Shown here: positions 16,461 to 30,400 of the stretch, piece after piece
How positions within the stretch are numbered: position 1 is the stretch's first letter
How the letters are laid out: the number at the start of each line of letters is the position of its first letter
Assembly: GCA_964016885.1 (NCBI GenBank)
Contig: OZ024759.1
Coordinates: 8,246,001-8,310,000 of the forward strand
Direction of reading: 5' to 3'
Length of the DNA stretch: 64,000 bases
From: Eledone cirrhosa
Taxonomy: Eukaryota
Notes under the pieces: generated by a model
What the model was told of the DNA's origin: nothing
The model's database searches: none
What the model saw: only the letters and a program-made list of their open reading frames with translations
Program-made: the position numbers and the translations under genes

Positions 16461-17804
16461 CTCCATATATGGGATGTGGAGCAACCTTCTCAAGGACTTG
16501 TTCTCCATATATGGGATGTGGAGCAACCTTCTTAAGTACTTGTGCTCCATATATGGGATGTGTAGTAACCTTCTCAAGGACTTGTGCTCCATATATGTGA
16601 TGTGTAGTAACCTTCTCAAGGACTTGTGCTCCGTGTATGGGATGTGGAGTAACCTTCTCAAGGACTTGTGCTCCGTGTATAGGATGTGTAGTAACCTTCT
16701 CAAGGACTTGTGCTCCATATATGGGATGTGTAGTAACATTCTCAAGGACTTGTGCTCCATATATGGCATGTGGAGTAACCTTCTCAAGGACTCGTGCTCC
16801 GTATATGGGATGTGGAGTAACCTTCTCAAGGACTTGTGCTCCATATATGGGATGTGGAGTAACCTTCTCAAGGACTTGTGCTCCGTGTATGGGATGTGGA
16901 GTAACCTTCTCAAGGACTTGTGCTCCGTGTATGGGATGTGGAGTAACCTTCTCAAGGACTTGTGCTCCGTATATGGGATGTGGAGCAACCTTCTCAAGGA
17001 CTTGTGCTCCGTATATGGGATGTGGAGTAACCTTCTCAAGGACTTGTGCTCCATATATGGGATGTGGAGTAACATTCTCAAGGACTTGTGCTCCATATAT
17101 GGGATGTGGAGCAACCTTCTCAAGGACTTGTGCTCCGTGTATGGGATGTGGAGTAACCTTCTCAAGGACTTGTGCTCCGTATATGGGATGTGGAGTAACC
17201 TTCTCAAGGACTTGTGCTCCGTGTATGGGATGTGTAGTAACCTTCTCAAGGACTTGTGCTCCGTGTATGGGATGTGGAGTAACATTCTCAAGGACTTGTG
17301 CTCCATATATGGGATGTGGAGTAACATTCTCAAGGACTTGTGCTCCATATATGGGATGTGGAGCAACCCTCTCAAGGACTTGTGCTCCGTGTATGGGATG
17401 TGGAGTAACCTTCTCAAGGACTTGTGCTCCGTGTATGGGATGTGGAGTAATCTTCTCAAGGACTTGTGCTCCGTGTATGGGATGTGGAGAAACCTTCTCA
17501 AGGACTTGTGCTCCATATATGGGATGTGGAGTAACCTTCTCAAGGACTTGTGCTCCGTGTATGGGATGTGGAGTAACCTTCTCAAGGACTTGTGCTCCAT
17601 ATATGGGATGTGGAGTAACCTTCTCAAGGACTTGTGCTCCGTGTATGGGATGTGGAGTAACCTTTTGAAGGACTTGTGCTCCGTATATGGGATGTGGAGC
17701 AACCTTCTCAAGGACTTGTGCTCCGTATATGGGATGTGGAGTAACCTTCTCAAGGACTTGTGCTCCGTATACGGGATGTGGAGTAACCTTCTCAAGGACT
17801 TGTT
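16457..17804. repeat. 42-bp minisatellite (CCTTCTCAAGGACTTGTGCTCCRTRTATGGGATGTGGAGTAA), about 32 units
   Basis: Visible periodicity. Each unit has two hairpins (CTCCAT...ATGTGGAG and CCTT-CTC-AAGG). Confidence 0.97.
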
Positions 17805-17966
17805 CTTAAATAACTAGATTCTTGATCCCATGTCTAAAATCACATGTGGTGTTTACATGATAAATGATGCTTAAAAGACTTTTTTTTTAAAATCAAATTG
17901 TTTAAAATATCCCCCATTACATCACAGGTGTTTCTCAGACTCAGAGAATATAAAACATTGGGTTAC

Positions 17967-18008
17967 CATGGCAACTGCTTCAACAATATTGTTTGTGTAC
18001 TCTCGAGT
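17967..18008 (-). CDS. Candidate exon C (R-LESTQTILLKQLP-W/C) of a putative NPHP3-like gene
   Basis: AG at 18010-18009, donor ATG|GTAACC, phase 2-2 compatible with exon B. QLPW resembles the ELPW motif of NPHP3/TTC41-type NACHT-TPR proteins. Confidence 0.4.
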
Positions 18009-18014
18009 CTCGAA

Positions 18015-18384
<370 letters not shown>

Positions 18385-18439
18385 TATACATATACTGACA
18401 TCTACCTGATTACTGTAGGGCCAATAACGTTAGAACTCC

Positions 18440-18660
18440 ATATATATATATATACACATATATATATACATATATATAAATATATTTTATACATACATAT
18501 ATACACATATATATATACATACATATATATATACATATATATATAAATATATATATACATACATATATATATATACACATATATATATACATACATATAT
18601 ATATACACATATATATATACATACATATATATATACACATATATATATACATACATATAA

Positions 18661-18737
<77 letters not shown>

Positions 18738-18840
18738 TATATACATACATATATATATATATACATATATATAAATATATATATATACATATATATAAAT
18801 ATATATATATACATATATATAAATATATATATATACATAT

Positions 18841-18871
<31 letters not shown>

Positions 18872-18952
18872 TATAAATATATATATACATATATATAAAT
18901 ATATATATACATATATATAAATATATATAAATATATATATACATATATATAA

Positions 18953-19023
<71 letters not shown>

Positions 19024-19120
19024 TATATATACACACATATATATATATACACACATATATATATATATATATATATACATATATATAAATATATATATAT
19101 ACATATATATATATATACAC

Positions 19121-19203
<83 letters not shown>

Positions 19204-19206
19204 CAC

Positions 19207-19266
<60 letters not shown>
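18440..19266. repeat. (TA)n/(TACA) compound microsatellite, about 830 bp
   Basis: Direct inspection. Confidence 0.95.
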
Positions 19267-19272
<6 letters not shown>

Positions 19273-21213
19273 ATACTTTGGGAGGGTCATGTTGCCAATA
19301 AGAAACACACGCACCAGTTGCTTTCACTTCAATTTATTATAATAAATTTATAAATTTAGGAATTTATAAATTTCCGGTTGGTTGGTTCCACAACCAGATG
19401 GTTGTTTATATATTGTCAAAGTTCTTCCGTCACACATTCTTTTCTTTGTTTTTTGTGCCTCTCCTTTGTTCTGTCCTACGCCATCTTGTTTTTGTGTGTG
19501 TGTTGTGTGCTTAGTTTGCGCATGTGTTACATCCGGGTGTCTGTGTGTCTTTATATTCGTTTATTTATTTTGTTTATTTACATGTTACTGGTTGGTTGTT
19601 TGTTCTATGTGTGTGTTTTCATTTTGTCCTTAATTGTAAGTTGTGATGTTGCTGTTCCACTCATGTTTTCTATTTAATTTTGGTTGTAATTCATTTATGT
19701 TTATTGCCTCTGTGATTTGTCTAAACATTGCGTCTTTTCTGTGTATAGATTCTATTTTTATTTCTATGTTCTCTAATTTACCCTTATGTTCTATTTTAGC
19801 ATGTTGGTAGAGTACAGATGATTCTTTACTATCTTGAAGGTCTCGCCAGTGTTCATTTATCCGTTCCCCTATACTATGAGCTGTCTCACCTATGTACACT
19901 ATATTTTTATCTCTACATTGTCCTTCAGTACATCTTATGCTATATACTACATTTCTAGTTTTACTGTTAATATGGGGGCTTAATTTACAGATTATACATT
20001 TCTTATCTATACAGGGAGGTCTTTGAAAAGGGTATGTCTTGCTAATAAGTGTTTTTATGGAGGTACCTGGTCTTTCTACTATCTTAATATTGAGTTTATG
20101 TTTATCTAGGGCCCTTCTAAATTTGTAAGCTAATTCACCTCTAGGGGTTGTATCGATGAACATTACACTCTGGTATTTATTGCTATCATACCATGAGTTT
20201 ATTCTATTAGCCTTATTCCTAGTTCTTTCTATTCTATTCCCAAATGTGCTCCTATACAAGGGGCAGGTCCCATTTGTGTCATTATTTACCATTTTTTCCC
20301 ATTTGGTTCTGGCTCCTCTATACACTCTGATTTTATCTCTCTGATTGTAACCAGAGAACTGCATACGGTGGATGAAGTGTTATATGTGTCTCTCTAGTTC
20401 TTCGGGGTTGCACATGCGGGACACGTTTCTCATCACCCGTACCAAATCCGCAATCAGTATGTTGATTTTGGTATGGTCCGAAACAGCTGAGTTTCGGTGG
20501 ATCAGATATTTGGAAGTCATGGGTTTGGCATAATGGGAATGGCTGATTTGTTTTTTTGTTTGTTTTTTGTTATTAATAACAAAAAACAAATCCTCCATTC
20601 CCATTATGCCAAACCCATGACTTCCAAATATCTAAAAATAGAATCTACACACAGAAAAGACGCAATGTTTAGACAAATCACAGAGGCAATAAACATAAAT
20701 GAATTACAACCAAAATTAAATAGAAAACATGAGTGGAACAGCAACATCACAACTTACAATTAAGGACAAAATGAAAACACACACGCACATAGAACAAACA
20801 ACCAACCAGTAACATGTAAATAAACAAATAAATAAACAAATATAAACACACACAGACACCCGGATGTAACACATGCGCAAACTAAGCACACAACACACAC
20901 ACAAAAACAAGATGGCGTAGGACAGAACAAAGGAGAGGCACAAAAAACAAAGAAAAGAATCCCCAGTCACTGAAGAGGTCACAGAATGTTTGACGAAAGA
21001 ACTTTGACAATATATGAACAATCATCTGGTTGTGGAACCAACCAACCGGAAATTTATAAATTCCTAAATTTATAAATTTATTATAATAAATTGAAGTGAA
21101 AGCAACTGGTGCGTGTGTTTCTTATTGGCAACATGACCCTCCTAAAGTATAACAATATCGGTTTCAACACACGTTTTCAGATAAAGAATCTTGCTAAACA
21201 AATTCAGAAACGA
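19265..21213 (-). mobile_element. Penelope-like retroelement remnant (RT C-terminus plus GIY-YIG endonuclease; Naiad/Neptune-like) arranged as a foldback
   Basis: In-frame ORFs 20380-20604 and 19630-20364, separated by one TAA, encode CxxxxCxxC...NVVYSIRC...YIGET..SIGERINEH...LN. 19265-19760 is the inverted repeat of 20633-21158. Confidence 0.88.
20966..21008 (+). ncRNA. Hammerhead-ribozyme-like motif in Penelope pLTR (possibly degenerate)
   Basis: gtca-CTGAAGA-g-gtca...tgac-GAAA-gaactt-tgac. Stems I and II pair but stem III is minimal. Deleted in the left arm; related copy on the minus strand at ~57075-57103 with GAAA changed to AAAA. Confidence 0.5.
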
Positions 21214-21234
21214 AATATATATATATATATACAC

Positions 21235-21280
<46 letters not shown>

Positions 21281-21353
21281 ACGGTTGACGGACCCAGCAT
21301 ATTTATCAATGCCAGCTGTCATCCTTCATATACATATATATACATATATGTAT

Positions 21354-23193
21354 ATGAAGGATGACAGCTGCATGAAAAGGTTCAGAGCACTAGAAGTCGA
21401 TGGAAACCGCTGAGTCGGGAGACACAAGAAGACCTGGGATGAGGTGATAAAAGCCGACACTACGCCATTACATCTCTCAACGGTGATGACACATGACCGT
21501 CACATCTGGAGTCACGCAGTAATACAGAAGACCCGACCCCCCCCCCCCCACGGGTACAAGCCGAAGCTGAAGCATATAGACAATATGCCCCCACCAACTC
21601 CCACTGTAAAGTGGTTGTGTAGGCGCCACGGCAAAAAAGCACCCAGCCCACACTGTAAAGTGGTCGTGGAGGCGCCACAGTAAAAAAGCACCCAGTACTC
21701 ACTGTAAAGTGGTTGTGTAGGCGTCACAGAAAAAAAGCACCCAGCCCACACTGTAAAGTAGTTGTGTAGGCGCCACAGTAAAAAAGCACCCAGCCCACAC
21801 TGTAAAGTAGTTGTGTAGGCGCCACAGTAAAAAAGCACCCAGTACTCACTGTAAAGTGGTCGTGGAGGCGCCACAGTACAAAAGCACCCAGCCCACACTG
21901 TAAAGTGGTTGTGTAGGCGCCACAGTAAAAAAGCACCCAGTACTCACTGTAAAGTGGTTGTGTAGGCGCCACAGTAAAAAAGCACCCAGCCCACACTGTA
22001 AAGTGGTTGTGTAGGCGCCACAGTAAAAAAGCACCCAGTACTCACTGTAAAGTGGTTGTGTAGGCGCCACAGTAAAAAAGCACCCAGCCCACACTGTAAA
22101 GTAGTTGTGTAGGCGCCACAGTAAAAAAGCACCCAGTACTCACTGTAAAGTGGTCGGGGAGGTGCCACGGTAAAAAAGCACCCAGCCCACACTGTAAAGT
22201 GGTTGTGTAGGCGCCACAGTAAAAAAGCACCCAGTACTCACTGTAAAGTGGTCGAGGAGGTGCCACGGTAAAAAAGCACCCAGCCCACACTGTAAAGTGG
22301 TCGTGGAGGCGTCACAGTAAAAAAGCACCCAGCCCACACTGTAAAGTAGTTGTGTAGGCGCCACAGTAAAAAAAGCACCCAGTACTCACTGTAAAGTGGT
22401 CGTGGAGGCGCCACAGTAAAAAAGCACCCAGCCCACACTGTAAAGTGGTCGTGGAGGTGTCACAGTAAAAAAGCACCCAGCCCACACTGTAAAGTGGTTG
22501 TGTAGGCGTCACAGTAAAAAAGCACCCAGTACTCACTGTAAAGTGGTTGTGTAGGCGTCACAGTAAAAAAGCACCCAGCCCACACTGTAAAGTGGTCGTG
22601 GAGGCGTCACAGTAAAAAAGCACCCAGTACTCACTGTAAAGTGGTCGTGGAGGCGCCACAGTAAAAAAGCACCCAGCCCACACTGTAAAGTAGTTGTGTA
22701 GGCGCCACAGTAAAAAAGCACCCAGTACTCACTGTAAAGTGGTCGGGGAGGTGCCACGGTAAAAAAGCACCCAGCCCACACTGTAAAGTGGTTGTGTAGG
22801 CGCCACAGTAAAAAAGCACCCAGTACTCACTGTAAAGTGGTCGTGGAGGCGCCACAGTAAAAAAGCACCCAGCCCACACTGTAAAGTGGTCGTGGATGCG
22901 TCACAGTAAAAAAGCACCCAGTACTCACTGTAAAGTGGTTGTGTAGGCGTCACAGTAAAAAAGCACCCAGCCCACACTGTAAAGTGGTTGTGTAGGCGCC
23001 ACAGAAAAAAAGCACCCAGCACTCACTGTAAATGAGGTTGGTGTTAGGAAGGGCATCCAGCTGTAGAAATCAAGCCAGAATCAGTTCCTGTATGAGCAAG
23101 ACAAGGTCAGCCGACTGGACACTGCTCACAACAGGACAACCTATCTAATCCTTGCTGGCATGGAAACATTGACGTAAAACATGAGGATGATGA
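21354..23193 (+). mobile_element. 5'-truncated RTE-clade LINE 3' end, carrying a 49-bp array in its 3'UTR
   Basis: MKDDSCMKRFRALEVDGNR*VGRHKKTWDEVIKAD matches the C-terminus of the copy at 41828-41935. Has the GGTGTTAGGAAGGGCATCCAGC motif and a (GAT)n tail. Confidence 0.85.
21602..23031. repeat. 49-bp minisatellite (CACTGTAAAGTGGTYGTGKAGGCGCCACAGTAAAAAAGCACCCAG[CCCA/TACT]), about 29 units
   Basis: Visible periodicity. The same module occurs in 2 copies in the RTE 3'UTR at 45461-45568. Confidence 0.95.
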
Positions 23194-23388
23194 TATATAT
23201 ATTTCAAGCCCTCTCTTCAGAAAAAGGCCATATGTCGAGATTCTTGAACAATTCACAATTTTAGACAAAAACTAAAACAAAAAAAGGAAAGTAAAGAAAA
23301 AAAGATAAAAACAATAAATAAAATGCGTAAAAATCGTTCCACTATCAAATATTGGTTTCCACTGACATCTGTTTAAAGTCACAAGATA

Positions 23389-24196
23389 TGGTGGTGGTGG
23401 TAGTGGTGGTGGTGGAGGTAGTGGTGGTGGTGGTGGTGGTGGTGGTGGTGGAGTAGAGTAAGAGGTGATAGTGGTGGTGGTGGTGGTGGTGGAGTAGAGT
23501 AAGAGGTGATTGTGGTGGTGGTGGTGGTAGTGATGGTGGTGGTGGTGGTGGTGGTGGTGGTGGTGGTAGTGGTGGTGGTGGTGGTAGTGGTAGTGGTGGT
23601 GGTGGTGGTGGTGGTGGAGGTGGTGGTGGTGGTGGTGGTGGTAGTGGTGGTGGTGGAGGTGGTGGTGGTGGTGGTGGTGGTGGTGGTGGTAGTGGTGGTG
23701 GTGGTGGTGGTGGTGGTGGTGGTGGTGGTGGTGGTGGTGGTAGTGGTGGTGGTGGTGGTGGTGGTGGTGGAGGTGGTGGTAGTGGTGGTGGTGGTGGTGG
23801 TGGTGGTGGTGGTAGTGGTGGTGGTGGTGGTGGTGGTAGTGGTGGTGGTGGAGGTGGTGGTGGTGGTGGTAGTGGTGGTGGTGTGGTGGTGGTGGTGGTG
23901 GTGGTAGTGGTGGTGGTGGTGGTGGTGGTGGTGGTGGTGGTGGTGGTGGTGGTGGTGGTGGTAGTGGTGGTGGCGGTGGTGGTGGAGGTGGTGGTAGTGG
24001 TGGTGGTGGTGGTGGTGGTAGTGGTGGTGGTGGAGGTGGTGGTGGTGGTGGTAGTGGTGGTGGCGGTGGTGGTGGTGGTGGTGGTGGTGGTGGTAGTGTT
24101 GGTAGTGGTGGTAGTGGTGGTGGAGGTGGTGGTGGTAGTGGTGGTGGTAGTGGTGGTGGTTGTGGTGGTGGTAGTGGTAGTGGTGGTAGTAGTGGC
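23389..24196. repeat. (GGT)n trinucleotide tract, about 800 bp, G-quadruplex-prone
   Basis: Direct inspection. Interrupted by AGT/GGA/GGC triplets. Confidence 0.95.
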
Positions 24197-24345
24197 AGAT
24201 GAGGAGTCATTACAAGGAAAAACCTTACAAAATGTTTTATTTTTATTTAATCGTAAATTTCCACGGAATATGAAATAGGAGAATTGTTAAAATGTCTGCC
24301 AGAATGGGTTGTGGAGATATTCGAAACATGCGGAGATCACTTTAC

Positions 24346-24403
24346 CTTTTGAGGTCGAGAAAATATAGTACCAGTTGCGAACTGAGGTTGAATGATTCCT
24401 CAT
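24346..24403 (-). CDS. Candidate exon B (D-EESFNLSSQLVLYFLDLK-R) of a putative NPHP3-like gene
   Basis: TATAG acceptor at 24405-24404, good donor AAAG|GTAAAG, open frame. QLVLYF resembles recalled NPHP3 QKLINYF. Confidence 0.45.
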
Positions 24404-24430
24404 CTATATGCATTTGTGTGTGTGTATGTA

Positions 24431-27400
24431 CTTGGCGTGGCAATAAAGTCTTTAGAAGGACCCTTTTAATGAAAGTGCACAAAATATAATGAAACTAATA
24501 TTTATTTATTCTGCAAAACATAATCTCCATTGAATACAACATCTTTACAGTAATTATGTAAAGCATTTAACTCTTTCTGAAACCGTTTTCAAGCAATTGT
24601 CAAAACGAGTGCCACATCTACCACATCTAATGAAACTAAAAACAAATTTTCAAAGATGTTGCTTTAATAACTTGAACAAGCAACGATTGCACAAATTTAA
24701 GTTTGGACTATAGGGTGATTGTTTGATCATTGTCACTCTTCTCCCCTGGAAAATATCTTTTGTGGATTGAGTAGTTTGATGCATGTATTATAAACACACA
24801 AGAATGACAGCAAAATAATTATACATAGGCCTGTGACAAAATACAGCATTGATACAGAATATCATAGGCCTGTGATAAAATACAGCATTGATACAGAATA
24901 TCATAGGCCTGTGACAAAATACAGCATTGATACAGAATATCATAGGCCTGTGACAAAATACAGCATTGACACAGAATATCATAGACCTGTGACAAAATAC
25001 AGCATTGATACAGAATATCATAGACCTGTGACAAAATACAGCATCCATACAGAATATCATAGGCCTGTGACAAAATACAGCATTGATACAGAATATCATA
25101 GACCTGTGACAAAATACAGAATTGATACAGAATATCATAGGCCTGTGACAAAATACAGCATTGATACAGAATATCATAGGCCTGTGACAAAATACAGCAT
25201 TGATACAGAATATCATAGGCCTGTGACAAAATACAGCATTGATACAGAATATCATAGGCCTGTGACAAAATACAGCATTGATACAGAATATCATAGACCT
25301 GTGACAAAATACAGAATTGATACAGAATATCATAGGCCTGTGACAAAATACAGCATTGATACAGAATATCATAGGCCTGTGACAAAATACAGCATTGATA
25401 CAGAATATCATAGGCCTGTGACAAAATACAGCATTGATACAGAATATCATAGGCCTGTGACAAAATACAGCATTGATACAGAATATCATAGACCTGTGAC
25501 AAAATACACCATCCATACAGAATATCATAGACGTGTGATAAAATACAGCATTGATACAGAATATCATAGGCCTGTGACAAAATACAGCATTGATACAGAA
25601 TATCATAGGCCTGTGACAAAATACAGCATTGATACAGAATATCATAGGCCTGTGACAAAATACAGCATTGATACAGAATATCATAGACGTGTGACAAAAT
25701 ACAGCATTGATACAGAATATCATAGGCCTGTGACAAAATACAGCATTGATACAGAATATCATAGGCCTGTGACAAAATACAGCATTGATACAGAATATCA
25801 TAGGCCTGTGACAAAATACAGCATTGATACAGAATATCATAGGCCTGTGACAAAATACAGCATTGATACAGAATATCATAGGCCTGTGACAAAATACAGC
25901 ATTGATACAGAATATCATAGGCCTGTGACAAAATACAGCATTGATACAGAATATCATAGGCCTGTGACAAAATACAGCATTGATACAGAATATCATAGGC
26001 CTGTGACAAAATACAGCATTGATACAGAATATCATAGGCCTGTGACAAAATACAGCATTGATACAGAATATCATAGACCTGTGACAAAATACAGCATTGA
26101 TACAGAATATTATAGGCCTGTGACAAAATACAGCATTGATACAGAATATCATAGACCTGTGTCAAAATACAGCATTGATACAGAATATCATAGGCCTGTG
26201 ACAAAATACAGCATTGATACAGAATATCATAGACCTGTGACAAAATACAGCATCCAGACAGAATATCATAGGCCTGTGACAAAATACAGCATTGATACAG
26301 AATATCATAGGCCTGTGACAAAATACAGCATTGATACAGAATATCATAGGCCTGTGACAAAATACAGCATCCAGACAGAATATCATAGACCTGTGACAAA
26401 ATACAGCATTGATACAGAATATCATAGACCTGTGACAAAATACAGCATTGATACAGAATATCATAGGCCTGTGACAAAATACAGCATTGATACAGAATAT
26501 CATAGGCCTGTGACAAAATACAGCATCCAGACAGAATATCATAGACCTGTGACAAAATACAGCATTGATACAGAATATCATAGACCTGTGACAAAATACA
26601 GCATTGATACAGAATATCATAGACCTGTGACAAAATACAGCATTGATACAGAATATCATAGACCTGTGACAATATATAGCATCCATACAGAATATCATAG
26701 ACCTGTGACAAAATACAGCATTGATACAGAATATCATAGGCCTGTGACAAAATACAGCATTGATACAGAATATCATAGGCCTGTGACAAAATACAGCATT
26801 GATACAGAATATCATAGACCTGTGACAAAATACAGCATTGATACAGAATATCATAGACCTGTGACAAAATACAGCATTGATACAGAATATCATAGACCTG
26901 TGACAAAATACAGCATTGATACAGAATATCATAGGCCTGTGACAAAATACAGCATTGATACAGAATATCATAGACCTGTGACAAAATACAGCATCCATAC
27001 AGAATATCATAGACGTGTGATAAAATACAGCATTGATACAGAATATCATAGGCCTGTGACAAAATACAGCATTGATACAGAATATCATAGACGTGTGACA
27101 AAATACAGCATTGATACAGAATATCATAGACCTGTGACAAAATACAGCATTGATACAGAATATCATAGGCCTGTGACAAAATACAGCATTGATACAGAAT
27201 ATCATAGACCTGTGACAAAATACAGCATCCATACAAAATATCATAGGCCTGTGACAAAATACAGCATTGATACAGAATATCATAAACCTGTGACAAAATA
27301 CAGCATTGATACAGAATATCATAGACCTGTGACAAAATACAGCATCCATACAGAATATCATCGGTCTCTGACAAAATACAGCATTCACACAGAATATCAT

Positions 27401-30400
27401 AGACCTGTGACAACATACAGCATTGATACAGAATATCATAGGCCTGTGACAAAATACAGCATTGATACAGAATATCATAGACCTGTGATAAAATACAGCA
27501 TTGATACAGAATATCATAGACCTGTGACAAAATACAGCATTGATACAGAATATCATAGGCCTGTGACAAAATACAGCATTGATACAGAATATCATAGACC
27601 TGTGACAAAATACAGCATTGATACAGAATATCATAGACCTGTGACAAAATACAGCATTGATACAGAATATCATAGACCTGTGACAAAATACAGCATTGAT
27701 ATAGAATATCATAGACCTGTGACAAAATACAGCATTGATACAGAATATCATAGACCTGTGACAAAATACAGCATTGATACAGAATATCATAGACGTGTGA
27801 CAAAATACAGCATTGATACAGAATATCATAGACCTGTGACAAAATACAGCATTGATACAGAATATCATAGGCCTGTGACAAAATACAGCATTGATACAGA
27901 ATATCATAGACGTGTGACAAAATACAGCATCCACACAGAATATCATAGACCTGTGACAACATACAACATTGATACAGAATATCATAGACCTGTGACAAAA
28001 TACAGCATTGATACAGAATATCATAGACCTGTGACAAAATACAGCATTGATACAGAATATCATAGGCCTGTGACAAAATACAGCATTGATACAGAATATC
28101 ATAGACCTGTGACAAAATACAACACTGATACAGAATATCATAGGCCTGTGACAAAATACAGCATTGATACAGAATATCATAGACCTGTGACAAAATACAG
28201 CATTGATACAGAATATCATAGACCTGTGACAAAATACAGCATTGATACAGAATATCATAGACCTGTGACAAAATACAGCATCCATACAGAATATCATAGA
28301 CCTGTGACAAAATACAGCATCCATACAGAATATCATAGACGTGTGACAAAATACAGCATTGATACAGAATATCATAGACCTGTGACAAAATACAGCATTG
28401 ATACAGAATATCATAGGCCTGTGACAAAATACAGCATTGATACAGAATATCATAGACCTGTGACAAAATACAGCATCCATACAGAATATCATAGACGTGT
28501 GATAAAATACAGCATTGATACAGAATATCATAGGCCTGTGACAAAATACAGCATTGATACAGAATATCATAGGCCTGTGACAAAATACAGCATTGATACA
28601 GAATATCATAGACCTGTGACAAAATACAGCATCCATACAGAATATCATAGACGTGTGATAAAATACAGCATTGATACAGAATATCATAGGCCTGTGACAA
28701 AATACAGCATTGATACAGAATATCATAGGCCTGTGACAAAATACAGCATTGATACAGAATATCATAGACGTGTGACAAAATACAGCATTGATACAGAATA
28801 TCATAGACCTGTGACAAAATACAGCATTGATACAGAATATCATAGGCCTGTGACAAAATACAGCATTGATACAGAATATCATAGACCTGTGACAAAATAC
28901 AGCATCAATACAAAATATCATAGACCTGTGCAAAATACAGCATTGATACAGAATATCATAGACCTGTGACAAAATACAGCATTGATACAGAATATCATAG
29001 GCCTGTGACAAAATACAGCATTGATACAGAATATCATAAACCTGTGACAAAATACAGCATTGATACAGAATATCATAGGTCTGTGACAAAATACAGCATC
29101 CATACAGAATATCATCGGTCTCTGACAAAATACAGCATCCACACAGAATATCATAGACCTGTGACAACATACAGCATTGATACAGAATATCATAGACCTG
29201 TGACAAAATACAGCATTGATACAGAATATCATAGACCTGTGACAAAATACAGCATCCAGACAGAATATCATAGGCCTGTGACAAAATACAGCATTGATAC
29301 AGAATATCATAGGCCTGTGACAAAATACAGCATTGATACAGAATATCATAGACCTGTGACAAAATACAGCATCCAGACAGAATATCATAGACCTGTGACA
29401 AAATACAGCATCCAGACAGAATATCATAGACCTGTGACAAAATACAGCATCCAGACAGAATATCATAGGCCTGTGACAAAATACAGCATTGATACAGAAT
29501 ATCATAGACCTGTGTCAAAATACAGCATCCAGACAGAATATCATAGACCTGTGACAAAATACAGCATCCAGACAGAATATCATAGACCTGTGACAAAATA
29601 CAGCATCCAGACAGAATATCATAGACCTGTGACAAAATACAGCATTGATACAGAATATCATAGACCTGTGACAAAATACAGCATCCAGAGAGAATATCAT
29701 AGACCTGTGACAAAATACAGCATCCAGACAGAATATCATAGGCCTGTGACAAAATACAGCATCCAGACAGAATATCATAGGCCTGTGACAAAATACAGCA
29801 TCCAGACAGAATATCATAGGCCTGTGACAAAATACAGCATCCAGACAGAATATCATAGGCCTGTGACAAAATACAGCATCCAGACAGAATATCATCGACC
29901 TGTGACAAAATACAGCATTGATACAGAATATCATAGACCTGTGACAAAATACAGCATCCAGACAGAATATCATAGGCCTGTGACAAAATACAGCATTGAT
30001 ACAGAATATCATAGACCTGTGACAAAATACAGCATTGATACAGAATATCATAGACCTGTGACAAAATACAGCATTGATACAGAATATCATAGACCTGTGA
30101 CAAAATACAGCATTAATACAGAATATCATAGACCTGTGACAAAATACAGCATCCAGACAGAATATCATAGACGTGTGACAAAATACAGCATTGATACAGA
30201 ATATCATAGACCTGTGACAAAATACAGCATTGATACAGAATATCATAGACCTGTGACAAAATACAGCATTGATACAGAATATCATAGACCTGTGACAAAA
30301 TACAGCATTCATACAGAATATCATAGACCTGTGACAAAATACAGCATTGATACAGACTATCATAGACCTGTGACAAAATACAGCATCCAGACAGAATATC

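Noticed and set aside
3063-16600. Giant ORFs up to 2729 aa (YNYCGRI, ITTVVGY, VVIYPTT repeats)
   Set aside because: Consequence of a stop-poor 21-bp unit. Open in several frames on both strands, no synonymous-type variation, and an indel switches frames.
17962-17975. Near-consensus RFX X-box GTTACCATGGCAAC
   Set aside because: Suggestive for a ciliary gene, but it overlaps the candidate exon C donor and has no promoter context. A single motif cannot be supported without ChIP or conservation data.
19630-20604. Selenoprotein-type (UGA-recoded) Naiad element
   Set aside because: The only in-frame stop seen is TAA; no in-frame TGA at Cys positions in the visible fragment.
23272-24278. Poly-Pro/His/Val ORFs
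   Set aside because: Translation of the (GGT)n microsatellite.
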